Shown one piece after another: positions 22,615-32,420 of a stretch of DNA of 64,000 nt. The position numbers were made by a program, and so were the translations under genes. Source of the DNA: Nitrospirota bacterium (GTDB lineage: Bacteria; Nitrospirota; UBA9217). The notes under the pieces were generated by a model that worked only from the letters and a program-made list of their open reading frames with translations, was not told where the DNA came from and searched no databases. Each line of letters opens with the position of its first letter. Positions within the stretch are counted from its first letter, which is position 1. The DNA is taken from the NCBI GenBank assembly GCA_963751455.1, contig CAVVUN010000008.1:1-64000 (forward strand), in the 5' to 3' direction.

Positions 22615-22894
22615 CTAGTGCACTGTAAAACTAATTCTTGATTGTATTGCACCTTTAGCCGGGTCCAGTAGTCAGTTACAAATCAAATTCCTCTCAAAAC
22701 GGCAGGAACATTTACCGCGAAGTCGCGAGGAACGCGAGGAAAGCGAAATTCCCGTAATATGCCACAGGATAGTATTGCCTTCCTGGCGACCTTTGCGCCC
22801 TCGCGGTTCAATCTTTTTAGTTCCGGCTTGTTGGCTTAAAGCACACCGTAATGACGTCGTGGAACTATTAACAACTAGGTTTACGTTGTACTAG
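22615..22894. mobile_element. Putative non-autonomous element (MITE) with CTAG ends, containing a nested second IR element
   Basis: CTAGTGCACTGTAAAACTAATTCTTGAT vs reverse complement CTAGTACAACGTAAACCTAGTTGTTAAT (21/28 by eye); inner IR ACCGCGAAGTCGCGAGG.../...CTTTGCGCCCTCGCGGT at about 22714-22807. Confidence 0.55.
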
Positions 22895-24430
22895 TCACGA
22901 AGAATGCTTCATCTCGTTTTCCTTGTACAGTTTCCGGATCTCTTTTTTCAGAATCTTCCCGGTCGCTGTGCGGGGAAGTTCCTGGATAAAGATAAACCTG
23001 CGCGGTATTTTGTAATGTGCCACGTGCTCCGTGAGGAAGTCACGAAGAATTTTTCCAGTGGCCTCCTGCCCGTCTCTGAGTACAACATACATGATCGGCA
23101 GCTCCTTGCCCTCCTCGTGTTCATGCGGCACGCCGATCATGGCGCAGTCCTTGATCGCCGGGTGGCGATACAGAACCTCTTCAACCTCGTAGGGATACAC
23201 GTTCAAGCCGTCGACGATGATCAGGTCTTTTTTCCTGTCGATGATTTTTATGAACCCGTCGTCATCCAACAAGGCGATATCGCCGGTGTAGAGCCAGCCG
23301 CTCCTGACCGTTTTGGCTGTGTCATCCGGCCGGTTCAGGTAGCCGCGCATAACGCTTGGCCCTTTCACAAGCAACTCGCCTGCGGCGCCGCGCGGGAGCG
23401 CCTTTCCTTCGTCATCGATCACTTTTACTTCAATTCCGGGCAGCGGCAGGCCGACGGTACCCGGCTTTCGTCTGCCGTGGTCGTCCGGATTGATCGAGAC
23501 CACCGGAGAAGCTTCGGTAAGGCCGTACCCTTCGAGGAGCGGCACCTTGAACGCTTTCTCGAATTCATAAATCACCTTCGCGGGAAGCGGGGCAGCGCCC
23601 GAAATGCAGAGGCGCAGGTTGAGCAGAAGTTTCACTAAGAACGGCATGTCCTTCTCGGCAAGTATCTTGTATACCGTCGGGATGGCCACGAAAAGCGTAA
23701 TACGGTCGAGAATCAGCCGCTTTACGACCCGCGAAAAAGGACGGACTGCAGGGAGCAGCGAAATCATAGCGCCGGTAATCAGCGGAATGATCACGCAGAC
23801 GGTATAGGTAAAAGAGTGAAAGAGCGGAAGAAAAACCACGAACCGGTCATTCGGGGAAATATGGATGGCCGCGGCCGCGGCATGGGCGTTCGCAATAAAA
23901 TTCCTGTGCGTCAGGAGCGCGCCCTTGGGACTCCCCGTAGTGCCGGATGTGTAGAGAATCGTTGAAATGTCGTCAGCAGTGCGATTTGGCGTGGGCACAA
24001 TTGCTTCAGCCCGTCTCCCTGAAGCGGCCGGTATATCGGAAAGTCTGAAAAAAGAACGGCCGGTTTTCTGCAGTTTATCTACCGTCATGCGGCAGGCTTC
24101 GTCATGGAAACACATGGCGACACCGGCATCCTTCAGGATATAATCAACCTCTTCATGGACCAGGAGATTATTGAGCGGCAGGACAATTGCGCCGGTCCGA
24201 AGGATACCGAAATAGGCCGCGATGTAATCGGGGCAGTTATGGCAGAGGATGGCGACCGGCTCTCCGGGTTTCACGTTCCTGCTCATTAAAAAGATCGCAA
24301 AGCTGTCCACCCGATCATTCATTTCCCGAAAGGTAATCTTTTTGCCGTCGAATTTTACGAAGGTTTTGCGGGGGGTAAGCGTGGCTCTCTTTTCGAGGAC
24401 CTGATCGAGGGGAAGCACTTCCTTAATCAT
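22895..24430 (-). CDS. fadD: Long-chain fatty acid--CoA ligase (AMP-binding)
   Basis: ILYTSGTTGSPKG, EGYGLTEASP, WLYTGDIA, DRKKDLII, LPRTATGKILK; start at ATG 24430 preferred over 24502. Confidence 0.9.
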   Translation of the reverse strand: MIKEVLPLDQVLEKRATLTPRKTFVKFDGKKITFREMNDRVDSFAIFLMSRNVKPGEPVAILCHNCPDYIAAYFGILRTGAIVLPLNNLLVHEEVDYILKDAGVAMCFHDEACRMTVDKLQKTGRSFFRLSDIPAASGRRAEAIVPTPNRTADDISTILYTSGTTGSPKGALLTHRNFIANAHAAAAAIHISPNDRFVVFLPLFHSFTYTVCVIIPLITGAMISLLPAVRPFSRVVKRLILDRITLFVAIPTVYKILAEKDMPFLVKLLLNLRLCISGAAPLPAKVIYEFEKAFKVPLLEGYGLTEASPVVSINPDDHGRRKPGTVGLPLPGIEVKVIDDEGKALPRGAAGELLVKGPSVMRGYLNRPDDTAKTVRSGWLYTGDIALLDDDGFIKIIDRKKDLIIVDGLNVYPYEVEEVLYRHPAIKDCAMIGVPHEHEEGKELPIMYVVLRDGQEATGKILRDFLTEHVAHYKIPRRFIFIQELPRTATGKILKKEIRKLYKENEMKHSS

Positions 24431-24594
24431 GGCTGAGTATACCATAAGTGAGAAAAACAAGACACGTAAAAAATGAACTTTCTGCAACTCTTCTTTTTGC
24501 ATCCAAGCCGCTGTTTCGAACCCGCCTTGACAATATCGGGCGGCTGCTGCTTTAATTATTGTGAAGACATCAGTAAAAAAAGGAGGTGGTTTTC

Positions 24595-25128
24595 GTGGAT
24601 GAAAGAAAAGGCGTAATAACGATGAAGGAGAAACCCCTCACCCTCCTTGGCCCTGAAATCAAGATCGGGGACAAAGCGCCCGATTTTGTTTTGATAGACC
24701 AGGAGCTTGATGAAGTAAACTTGGCGGATTTCCAAGACAAGTATAAGGTCATCAGCGTAACCCAATCGCTGGACACATCTGTCTGCGATATGCAGGCGCG
24801 CCGGTTCAACCATGAGGCGGCGTTGCTGCCTGGCGACGTGGCCGTGCTGAATGTAAGTATGGACCTCCCTTTTGCGATTTCCCGCTTCTGCAGCGTGGCC
24901 GGGATCAAAAACGTAATCGTGCTGTCGGACCATCGGGACGCGTCATTTGGGAGGGCTTATGGCGTGTTGATCAAGGAGCAGCGGCTTCTTGCGCGGTCGG
25001 TATTTATAATCGATAAAGCGGACATCGTACGGTACTGCGAAATCGTGAGTGAGCAGTCCCATTATCCCGATTATGATAAAGCGCTTGATGCACTTAAAAG
25101 TATCAGCAAGGTGAAAAAAGCCGCATAA
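24595..25128 (+). CDS. tpx: Thiol peroxidase (atypical 2-Cys peroxiredoxin)
   Basis: GDKAPDF, SLDTSVCDMQARRF, SMDLPFAISRFC, LLARSVF, PDYD; AGGAGG RBS before GTG 24595; TTGACA promoter at 24527. Confidence 0.95.
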   Translation: MDERKGVITMKEKPLTLLGPEIKIGDKAPDFVLIDQELDEVNLADFQDKYKVISVTQSLDTSVCDMQARRFNHEAALLPGDVAVLNVSMDLPFAISRFCSVAGIKNVIVLSDHRDASFGRAYGVLIKEQRLLARSVFIIDKADIVRYCEIVSEQSHYPDYDKALDALKSISKVKKAA

Positions 25129-25142
25129 GGGCACAAAAGATA

Positions 25143-25172
25143 AAGGCAGTCCGACGGTGCGGGGACTGCCTT
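25143..25172. terminator. Hairpin between convergent tpx and csp genes
   Basis: AAGGCAGTCC/GGACTGCCTT 10-bp stem. Confidence 0.7.
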
Positions 25173-25193
25173 GTTAGTTTTGGACTTAGAATT

Positions 25194-25394
25194 TTAGGCC
25201 TTTACAACATTCGCTGCCTTCGGGCCTTTGGGGCTGTCGACAACGTCAAACGTCACGTTCTGACCCTCGGCCAGCGACTTGAAGCCGCTGTCCTGGATGT
25301 CAGAAAAGTGGACAAAAACGTCTCCGCCGTCTTCTTTGGTAATGAATCCGAATCCCTTGGAATCATTAAACCATTTCACGGTTCCTTTTGCCAT
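25194..25394 (-). CDS. csp: Cold-shock protein
   Basis: [40 protein letters not shown]. Confidence 0.98.
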   Translation of the reverse strand: MAKGTVKWFNDSKGFGFITKEDGGDVFVHFSDIQDSGFKSLAEGQNVTFDVVDSPKGPKAANVVKA

Positions 25395-25630
25395 TCAGGT
25401 TTGAACCTCCTTCTTTGAAAATTGAAGATTGCGGAAATGTCACAAAAAAAGCCGCAAAGCGTACAATCTTTGCGACCCCTGGTACAAAGACTTCCGAACT
25501 TCTTAAAAAATAATCCCATAGTTTCAGAAAAAAGTCAAGCAGTAATTAATTAAAAGGCTCTGCTATGGCGTTGTCACATCCTTGCCTTTTTAGTATACTC
25601 AAACCACAACAGTCCAGTAAAGGAGCACTC

Positions 25631-27484
25631 ATGCCTCGAACGCCGTCTGGGAAGCAAAAACCGATACAATCGCTTGATAAAATCCTGAGTACAACGTGGA
25701 ATCTTAAGCCGCTTTTCTCCGGTGATGACGATCCCCGCATTGAACAAAAACGGAAAATCCTGGAGCAAAAAAGTTACGAATTCATCAACGCATGGAAAGA
25801 CCGGACAGACTACCTCGAAGAACCCGCCGTTCTCCGAACCGCACTTGACCGGTATGAGGAATGGAAACGCGGCTGGGGCGCGGACGGAGACGAAGGATAT
25901 TATTTCTGGCTCAGGACCCAGCAGGACCAGAACGACCCGAAGCTCAAGGCAAACTACAACAAGATCGAGGAGTTCAGCAAGAAGATCGAGAACGAAAGCC
26001 AGTTCTTTTACCTCAGGATCGCGCGCATCAAGCCCGAAAATCAGAAAAAATTTCTGGAGCATGCGGCCCTGGCGAAGTACCGTCATTTTCTCGAGCGGAT
26101 CTTCGCCGAAGCAAGATACCTCCTGAGCGAGCCCGAAGAAAAGATCATGAACCTGAAGGCGGCGACCTCGTACTCGAACTGGACGAAAATGACCTCTGCT
26201 TTTTTGTCCAGGGAAGAACGCGTCGTCGTCATGGAAGACGGCAGCAGAAAATCGGCGCCTTTTTCCCAGATCGTCGGGCTCATGAACAGCAAGGCCCGGC
26301 CGGTGCGAAACACGGCAGCTGCCGCGTTCAACAATATCTTAAACAAGCATATCGAAGTTGCGGAGAACGAGCTTAACTCGGTGCTCCAGAACAAAAAGAT
26401 AGATGACGAACTGCGGGGCACACCCCGACCTGACGCCCTTCGGCATTTGAGCGACGACATCGAGAGTGAGGTCGTGGACAGTCTGCTCGATGCAGTGACA
26501 AACCGCTTCGACATACCACAGCGCTATTACGCGCTCAAAGCAAAACTGCTCAAGGTCAAGAAGCTTAAATATCACGACCGGAACGTGGAATACGGCGACG
26601 TCGCCAGGCACTACTCCTATGCAAAAGCGGTCAACCTCGTCCATACCGTTATGAGCAAGCTTGATCGGCAATTCGCCGATATCTTCACGGAGTTCATGAA
26701 GAACGGCCAGATCGATGCATATCCAAAAAAAGGCAAGGACAGCGGCGCCTTCTGCATACACCACCTGATAACACAGCCTACTTATATCCTCCTCAACCAT
26801 ACCGGAAAACTCCATGACGTTCTGACGATCGCGCATGAACTCGGCCACGGGATCAACAACGAATTGATCAAGCAGAAACAGCACGCGCTCGATTTCGGGA
26901 CGCCCACATCAACAGCCGAAGTGGCAAGCACCTTCATGGAAGACTTCGTATTGGAGGAGATTCTGCACAAGGCCGACGATGAAGGCCGGCTCGCGATCAT
27001 GATGCAGAAATTAAATGATGACGTGTCGTCGATTTTCCGTCAGGTCGCATGTTACCGCTTCGAACAGGACTTGCATCATGAGTTCAGGAAGAAGGGATAC
27101 CTGTCCAAGGAACAGATCGGCATGCTCTTTAGAAAAAATATGGCTGCCTATATGGGAGGCTCGGTCGAGCAATCGGAAGGTTCAGAGAACTGGTGGGTAT
27201 ACTGGAGCCACATCCGGTATTTTTTCTATGTGTATTCCTACGCCGGAGGCCTGCTCATTTCGAAGTCGCTCCAGAACTCCGTGAAAAAGGACCCAACGTT
27301 CATCGGCAAGGTGAAGGTGTTTCTATCGGCGGGACTGTCCGAATCTCCCAAGAACATCTTTGCGAACCTCGGAGTCGACATAACGGACAGGCAGTTCTGG
27401 AACAGAGGTTTGGATGAAGTGGAGAGACTGCTCTATGAGACGACGGCATTGTCTCAGCGGCTGGGAAAGCTAAAGGCAAAATAA
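25631..27484 (+). CDS. M3 family oligoendopeptidase (PepF-like)
   Basis: WNLKPLF, GKDSGAFC, TIAHELGHG zinc motif, AEVASTFME, SHIRYFFYVYSY; AAGGAG RBS before ATG 25631. Confidence 0.93.
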   Translation: MPRTPSGKQKPIQSLDKILSTTWNLKPLFSGDDDPRIEQKRKILEQKSYEFINAWKDRTDYLEEPAVLRTALDRYEEWKRGWGADGDEGYYFWLRTQQDQNDPKLKANYNKIEEFSKKIENESQFFYLRIARIKPENQKKFLEHAALAKYRHFLERIFAEARYLLSEPEEKIMNLKAATSYSNWTKMTSAFLSREERVVVMEDGSRKSAPFSQIVGLMNSKARPVRNTAAAAFNNILNKHIEVAENELNSVLQNKKIDDELRGTPRPDALRHLSDDIESEVVDSLLDAVTNRFDIPQRYYALKAKLLKVKKLKYHDRNVEYGDVARHYSYAKAVNLVHTVMSKLDRQFADIFTEFMKNGQIDAYPKKGKDSGAFCIHHLITQPTYILLNHTGKLHDVLTIAHELGHGINNELIKQKQHALDFGTPTSTAEVASTFMEDFVLEEILHKADDEGRLAIMMQKLNDDVSSIFRQVACYRFEQDLHHEFRKKGYLSKEQIGMLFRKNMAAYMGGSVEQSEGSENWWVYWSHIRYFFYVYSYAGGLLISKSLQNSVKKDPTFIGKVKVFLSAGLSESPKNIFANLGVDITDRQFWNRGLDEVERLLYETTALSQRLGKLKAK

Positions 27485-27544
27485 GGGAATGCTGTTCAGC
27501 GCACTGATATATGAGGGCTGGAGTTCGACTACCGGCGCCAACCG

Positions 27545-27733
27545 TTACTCAACGAGGTTAATCATTTGAACGCTTAAATAATCCGCAAGCAGTTTCACGG
27601 TCTTCGGCTTCCTCGTAACGCCTTTCAGCGTCCTTGATACCGTTACTTTATGAAGACCAAGGGTTTGCGCGATTTCAGTATAGCTCAGTCCCTTTTCCAG
27701 CCTTTTTCTCTCGAGAACTTCCATCTTGTACAT
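27545..27733 (-). CDS. Small XRE/Cro-like HTH protein
   Basis: 62 aa, KGLSYTEIAQTLGLHKVTVSRTLKG; GGAGG RBS. Confidence 0.85.
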   Translation of the reverse strand: MYKMEVLERKRLEKGLSYTEIAQTLGLHKVTVSRTLKGVTRKPKTVKLLADYLSVQMINLVE

Positions 27734-28296
27734 TGTGTTCCTCCCGGTATATCTTTAATAATGAAAAATTATTTACAGCTGACGTCGCATGACTCTAGGG
27801 TGAATAAGCATGTTCTATTGAGAGCTGTATTACGCATTGCACAATGCTCAAGAGCTTCGAGCGTAAAAGGACAAATTCTCTCAATACTACGGCACTTTGT
27901 TGGCCCTCTTTGTTTATTGTTCGCCTGAGTCGGGTTTCTGGTTGTTTCCTTCATCCGCGTGTTGTCCTGAAAACCGAATTACTAAAGATAATACTATAAT
28001 TATGTATAATTAAATGACAATCGGCGCAGAGATTACAGGTCTGTCCGTTTTTTTCTTTTTTTATTGTAGGCCTTTGTCCTACAGCGAAGATCTCGGATAA
28101 GAAGATATTAGTCGCATATCTCTGTTAATAGCGCGACAAATGCTAAAAGTATATAGGCCTTAGGTATGATTTTTGGGGGAATAAACAGAAGAATCGGTTA
28201 CAAGAACTTTTGCCGGGAAATTGTGATTAAATGGAAACGGAAATAAAAGACACCTGATGGAGTCGGAGTGACTGATTAGGATTGTGCCATCAAGGC

Positions 28297-29193
28297 TCAG
28301 GCCGCTGCTTTCCGAATGAATTTTCTGAGTCCTTCCTGGAACTTCACTGGTTCGCGGCCGCATGCATCGCAGATGTCCGTGATACTGCAGATGTTGTCTT
28401 CCTGAAGCATTATGAGCTGCTCGGTCGTGATGGGCGGTTTTGAAAATACGCTCTCGAGTACCCTCGCCATGGGTTTCATGAAAAGCATCGGCATATGCAC
28501 CGCAGGCCGGTTGATTCCCATTGCTTCAGCGATAGCGCGCGTTACGTCTTCATAGGTAAGCTGCTCGGGCCCGCCGATCTCGTAAATTTCGTTCAGGAAG
28601 GAGTCGCTCGTGACCGCCTTTATGATACAGTCGACGACATCATCGATAAAGATAGGCTGAACTTTCGACTTCCCCGAGCCGATGACCGGAAGCACCGGGG
28701 ACTGCCTGATGATCTCCGCAAGCCTCAGCGTGAACTGGTCGCCGGGACCGTAAATAAGTGAAGGCCTCATTATAGTGTAGGGAACGCCGCTCTCGCGCAC
28801 GATCTCTTCCGCTTGCCACTTTGTCTTGTGGTACTGGCTTTTCGCGCCCGGCCTCGTACCGAGTGCGCTCTGGTAGAAAAAGTGTCGGACACCGGAGCTC
28901 TTGGCCGCGTGGACCATATTTCTCGTACCTTCCACGTGCACGCTCCTGAAGCTGGCGCTTTGCGTTTCCTGGATGATGCCGACGAGATGCACCACCCGCT
29001 CGACTCCTGCAGCCGCTTTCTCAAGCGATGTCCTGTTATCGATGTCGCCCGCAACGACTTCAACGCCGAGTTCCTTCAGTTTTTGCGCCTTCTCGGGGCT
29101 CCTTACAAGTGCCCGTACCGCAAGACCCTCCCGGCGCATTCGCCGGATCAGGTGTCCGCCGACAAAACCTGTACCGCCGGTTACGAGAATCAT
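28297..29193 (-). CDS. NAD(P)-dependent epimerase/dehydratase, complex I NDUFA9-like
   Basis: ILVTGGTGFVG, VVHLVGII, SALG, YHKTKWQAE, RPSLIYGPGD, QPIFIDDV. Confidence 0.92.
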   Translation of the reverse strand: MILVTGGTGFVGGHLIRRMRREGLAVRALVRSPEKAQKLKELGVEVVAGDIDNRTSLEKAAAGVERVVHLVGIIQETQSASFRSVHVEGTRNMVHAAKSSGVRHFFYQSALGTRPGAKSQYHKTKWQAEEIVRESGVPYTIMRPSLIYGPGDQFTLRLAEIIRQSPVLPVIGSGKSKVQPIFIDDVVDCIIKAVTSDSFLNEIYEIGGPEQLTYEDVTRAIAEAMGINRPAVHMPMLFMKPMARVLESVFSKPPITTEQLIMLQEDNICSITDICDACGREPVKFQEGLRKFIRKAAA

Positions 29194-29269
29194 AAGTCAC
29201 CTCTCGTCTTTTGTCCTGGGTCCCTCACAGTTCGTCCCTCCTCCTTCTTCTTGCGGTTCGATCAGCTTC

Positions 29270-32200
29270 TCAGAGGCCCAGCGGTGCCCAGAGGCTTAGG
29301 ATTACCTGCGACTCTCCCTCTTCATCGAATCCCCGTGCAAACCCGATCCTGAACGTGACGGGCAGCAGTCCATACGCCACATCCATGTCCAGCCTGAGCT
29401 CCGCTCCCACTGCGCGCTTCAGGTCCGAGCCGTGGAACGCGCCTTCATCCCACGCATTTCCCGCTTCTCCGAATACGGCCCCATGAAGCCTGCGCAGGAA
29501 AAAAGGCGTCTGACCGCCCCCGCGTTCGATGTTCTTGATGGGAAACCGGTACTCAAGCCCTGCAAGCGCGACATATTGCCCCCGGAATTCACCGCTTGGA
29601 TATCCGCGAAGAAATACCTGCCGGTCTTCGATCGAAAGCGTCACATCGCCCGGTGTATCGCCACCAAGCTGAAAAGCGCCTTGCGGAAATGTCTGTCCTG
29701 TTGCGGCGCCGACAAAAGCACGCGACTGCAGCACATGGTGGGGCCAGGGAAAATTGATATATTCATGCCAATCGGCGGTATATTTGTTCAGTTCGAAATC
29801 GCTCCCCAAAGACTTATCAAGCCGTTCGTACCCTATTTCCATGGTTCTTCCCTGCTCCGGGCTTATGGAAAAATTATACCGCTTGGCATTGTTAAAAAGG
29901 TAGCTTATTCTTCCTGATGCAAGCACGCCTTCGACGGGAATGGGACCTTCATAGCCTGTCCAGGGCTCTCCGGGCCATTTAGGTATTACTTTGGTAAGAG
30001 CCGAAATCTCCTGCCACTCGTACCCGATAGTGACAGCATGCTGTTTTCGCGTTTTGAGGAGCGGCATTACCAGGCTGAAGCTATAGCTCTTGCTTCGCTC
30101 CACATAGTCTTTTTCCAGCAGGTCATCGCGAAGGAGATTACTGTACGTTTCATCCTGGTCGGAACCGTGTAGAAGAATCGTAGGGTACAATCCGTCGTAG
30201 ATATAGTCTGCGCTGTACCATATCCGGCTCTTCTTCGGTCCGTACAGACCGGTGACGAAGTACTGATGGCGCTGCACCACATCCTGGCCGAAAGTCACGA
30301 AACCTCCGAGCGTGCCGCTCTCGGAACTGCCGCCGAACCACGGAAGCCAAAAGCGGGGCGCGAGCGTCGGCAGCGGATTATACGGCTTGGTGGGACTCTC
30401 GAATGTCCGCTCTTCGTATTGAACCACGGGATACGGATCTTCATAAGGCACAGCGGGCTTCCAGGACGCTGCATCGATTACAATGGTATGCAGATCATAT
30501 CCTTTCGCCATATAGGACGCGAAGACAATATTTTTATTATCCGGAGAGGCGCAGGGTGAGAACGCTCCGCCGAGCACGTTCGTAACCTGAAACAGTTTCT
30601 TCGATTCCACTTCGTAGGCAAACAGATTATAGATACCTGTCCGGTCCGATGAGAAGTAGACATACTTTCCGTCCGGGCTCCAGGAGGGAGCGGCGTCGAT
30701 TGCCCGGTCGCGCGTCACTTCATCCAGCTTCCTGCCCTCGCTGTCCAGAATCCAGATATCCTTGTATCCGCCCGGCTGCCACACGGCCACCGCCAGCCTC
30801 AACCCGTCCGGGCTCCAGCGGGGCTTTTCGTACTGGACAGCGCTTTCTTCCGTCAGATAGACAATGTCCTTCTCTCCGGCTGCCTTCTTCCGTTCGAACG
30901 ATATATCCAGGACTGCGAGCCTCGTCATCCCCATCCTGTTCATGACAAAGACCAGCTTCTTCCCGTCGGGGGAAGGATCGGGGTCGCGCGCTCGCAGTTC
31001 CTGCGTCAAACGCACTTCCTTTTCTTTTTTCAGATCGTAGTAATGGACGTCATCGTATACATTCGTATTTCGCACCATATCGATTTTGGTATAGTAGAAG
31101 CCATTGCCGCCAGGCGACCAGGCAGGGGTCATACCCGATGCGCTCGTCGGAAACAGGTGCTCGACAATTTTCCTGTCCCCGGTCCCGTCCGCATTCATGA
31201 TATAGATGCCGGGGAACTCGTCCCCATTTGCTTCGAGATAGAGGATGCGGCTGCCCTCGGGAGAGTATTGCGGTGCAAAGGTCTCGTATCCCTTTCGGGT
31301 AAGCTGTGCCGATGCGGTCAATCCGCCGGCCGTCACTGTCTCGCGCTGTTTTTGATATTTTTCCGTGAGAGCGGCTTTCCACTCCCAATAGAGCTTGCCG
31401 TAGTACGATCCGAGTGCTTTTTTGGCTGTTGAATTGACGAGAAAAGGCAGGTATCTCTTGCTATAGGTCATGCTGACATCGGCCAGCTTGTCTCTGCCGT
31501 ATTTATCGGCTATAAACTGGATAAAGGAGGCGCCGAACAGGTACGGCACGTCGCCAGAGGGCCAGGTATCGGGAAACACCGTCATATGGCTAAGGGGCGG
31601 AAATGGTCCCTCGAGCGCGGCCATACGAAGGATCATGTCGGCTCCGGCAGAGCGTCCGCGGCCACCTGGGGTCAGCGCTGTTTCTTCATACACGGCCAGG
31701 CCTTCGAGCAGCCAGATCGGCTGGACGGCGTTCGGGAAGGAGAGCGGCGATCTCCCGAACAATGTTTGCATCAATTCACCGTATCCGCCATATACCATAT
31801 CCATCTGGAGAATGTGGGTATATTCGTGCGTGATCAGAAGTCTCATCCATTCCTGGTAGGGCGTCGTGCCGAAGCCGGGAGCGCCGACGGGTTGAGTCAC
31901 CAGCAGGATCATCTGGTTGTACGGAAGCGGAGAGGACATGCCGTTTGCCTCATCCATGGAATCAACGATCACAACCTCGGTTTTCTGTTTCGGCTCCCAT
32001 TTGATTCTCGGCACGAGACGGGCATGGACATCCTCGGCTATGGAGACGACACGGCCGGCGATTTCTTCCCCGCCTTGGTGGTAATGAATGAAGAAGTGCG
32101 GTGTTTCGATTGTTGACCAGGTAAAGCGAGGGTCGAATTTTGCGAAGGAAGAAGAGGACGAGAACAGAAGGACAACACAAACGAACAGAATCTTTTTCAA
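29270..32200 (-). CDS. Outer-membrane Omp85/BamA-like protein with N-terminal HExxH peptidase-like domain and TolB-like PD40 propeller
   Basis: Signal peptide; LITHEYTHIL and WLLEGLAVYEE; repeated P.WSPDG units; LRGY and EYRFP...G.ELR barrel motifs. Confidence 0.8.
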   Translation of the reverse strand: MKKILFVCVVLLFSSSSSFAKFDPRFTWSTIETPHFFIHYHQGGEEIAGRVVSIAEDVHARLVPRIKWEPKQKTEVVIVDSMDEANGMSSPLPYNQMILLVTQPVGAPGFGTTPYQEWMRLLITHEYTHILQMDMVYGGYGELMQTLFGRSPLSFPNAVQPIWLLEGLAVYEETALTPGGRGRSAGADMILRMAALEGPFPPLSHMTVFPDTWPSGDVPYLFGASFIQFIADKYGRDKLADVSMTYSKRYLPFLVNSTAKKALGSYYGKLYWEWKAALTEKYQKQRETVTAGGLTASAQLTRKGYETFAPQYSPEGSRILYLEANGDEFPGIYIMNADGTGDRKIVEHLFPTSASGMTPAWSPGGNGFYYTKIDMVRNTNVYDDVHYYDLKKEKEVRLTQELRARDPDPSPDGKKLVFVMNRMGMTRLAVLDISFERKKAAGEKDIVYLTEESAVQYEKPRWSPDGLRLAVAVWQPGGYKDIWILDSEGRKLDEVTRDRAIDAAPSWSPDGKYVYFSSDRTGIYNLFAYEVESKKLFQVTNVLGGAFSPCASPDNKNIVFASYMAKGYDLHTIVIDAASWKPAVPYEDPYPVVQYEERTFESPTKPYNPLPTLAPRFWLPWFGGSSESGTLGGFVTFGQDVVQRHQYFVTGLYGPKKSRIWYSADYIYDGLYPTILLHGSDQDETYSNLLRDDLLEKDYVERSKSYSFSLVMPLLKTRKQHAVTIGYEWQEISALTKVIPKWPGEPWTGYEGPIPVEGVLASGRISYLFNNAKRYNFSISPEQGRTMEIGYERLDKSLGSDFELNKYTADWHEYINFPWPHHVLQSRAFVGAATGQTFPQGAFQLGGDTPGDVTLSIEDRQVFLRGYPSGEFRGQYVALAGLEYRFPIKNIERGGGQTPFFLRRLHGAVFGEAGNAWDEGAFHGSDLKRAVGAELRLDMDVAYGLLPVTFRIGFARGFDEEGESQVILSLWAPLGL

Positions 32201-32420
32201 GTGCTACCTCCGGAAGCTCTGTGAGTCCATCCGCTTAACAAATAACGGGCATTCATTATAGCAGTGGTTTTGTCCCTGCAATAGGATCAGAGGGGCTTTG
32301 AAATAAACTAAATCATAACAGAAGAGGTTTTGAAGTCAAGGGAATAAGTGGCCGGCCGCTTCATGGAGCGCTTGTTTTATCAATGTCGCCGGATATTCCC
32401 GGCCAAGTCCCGGGGCGACG

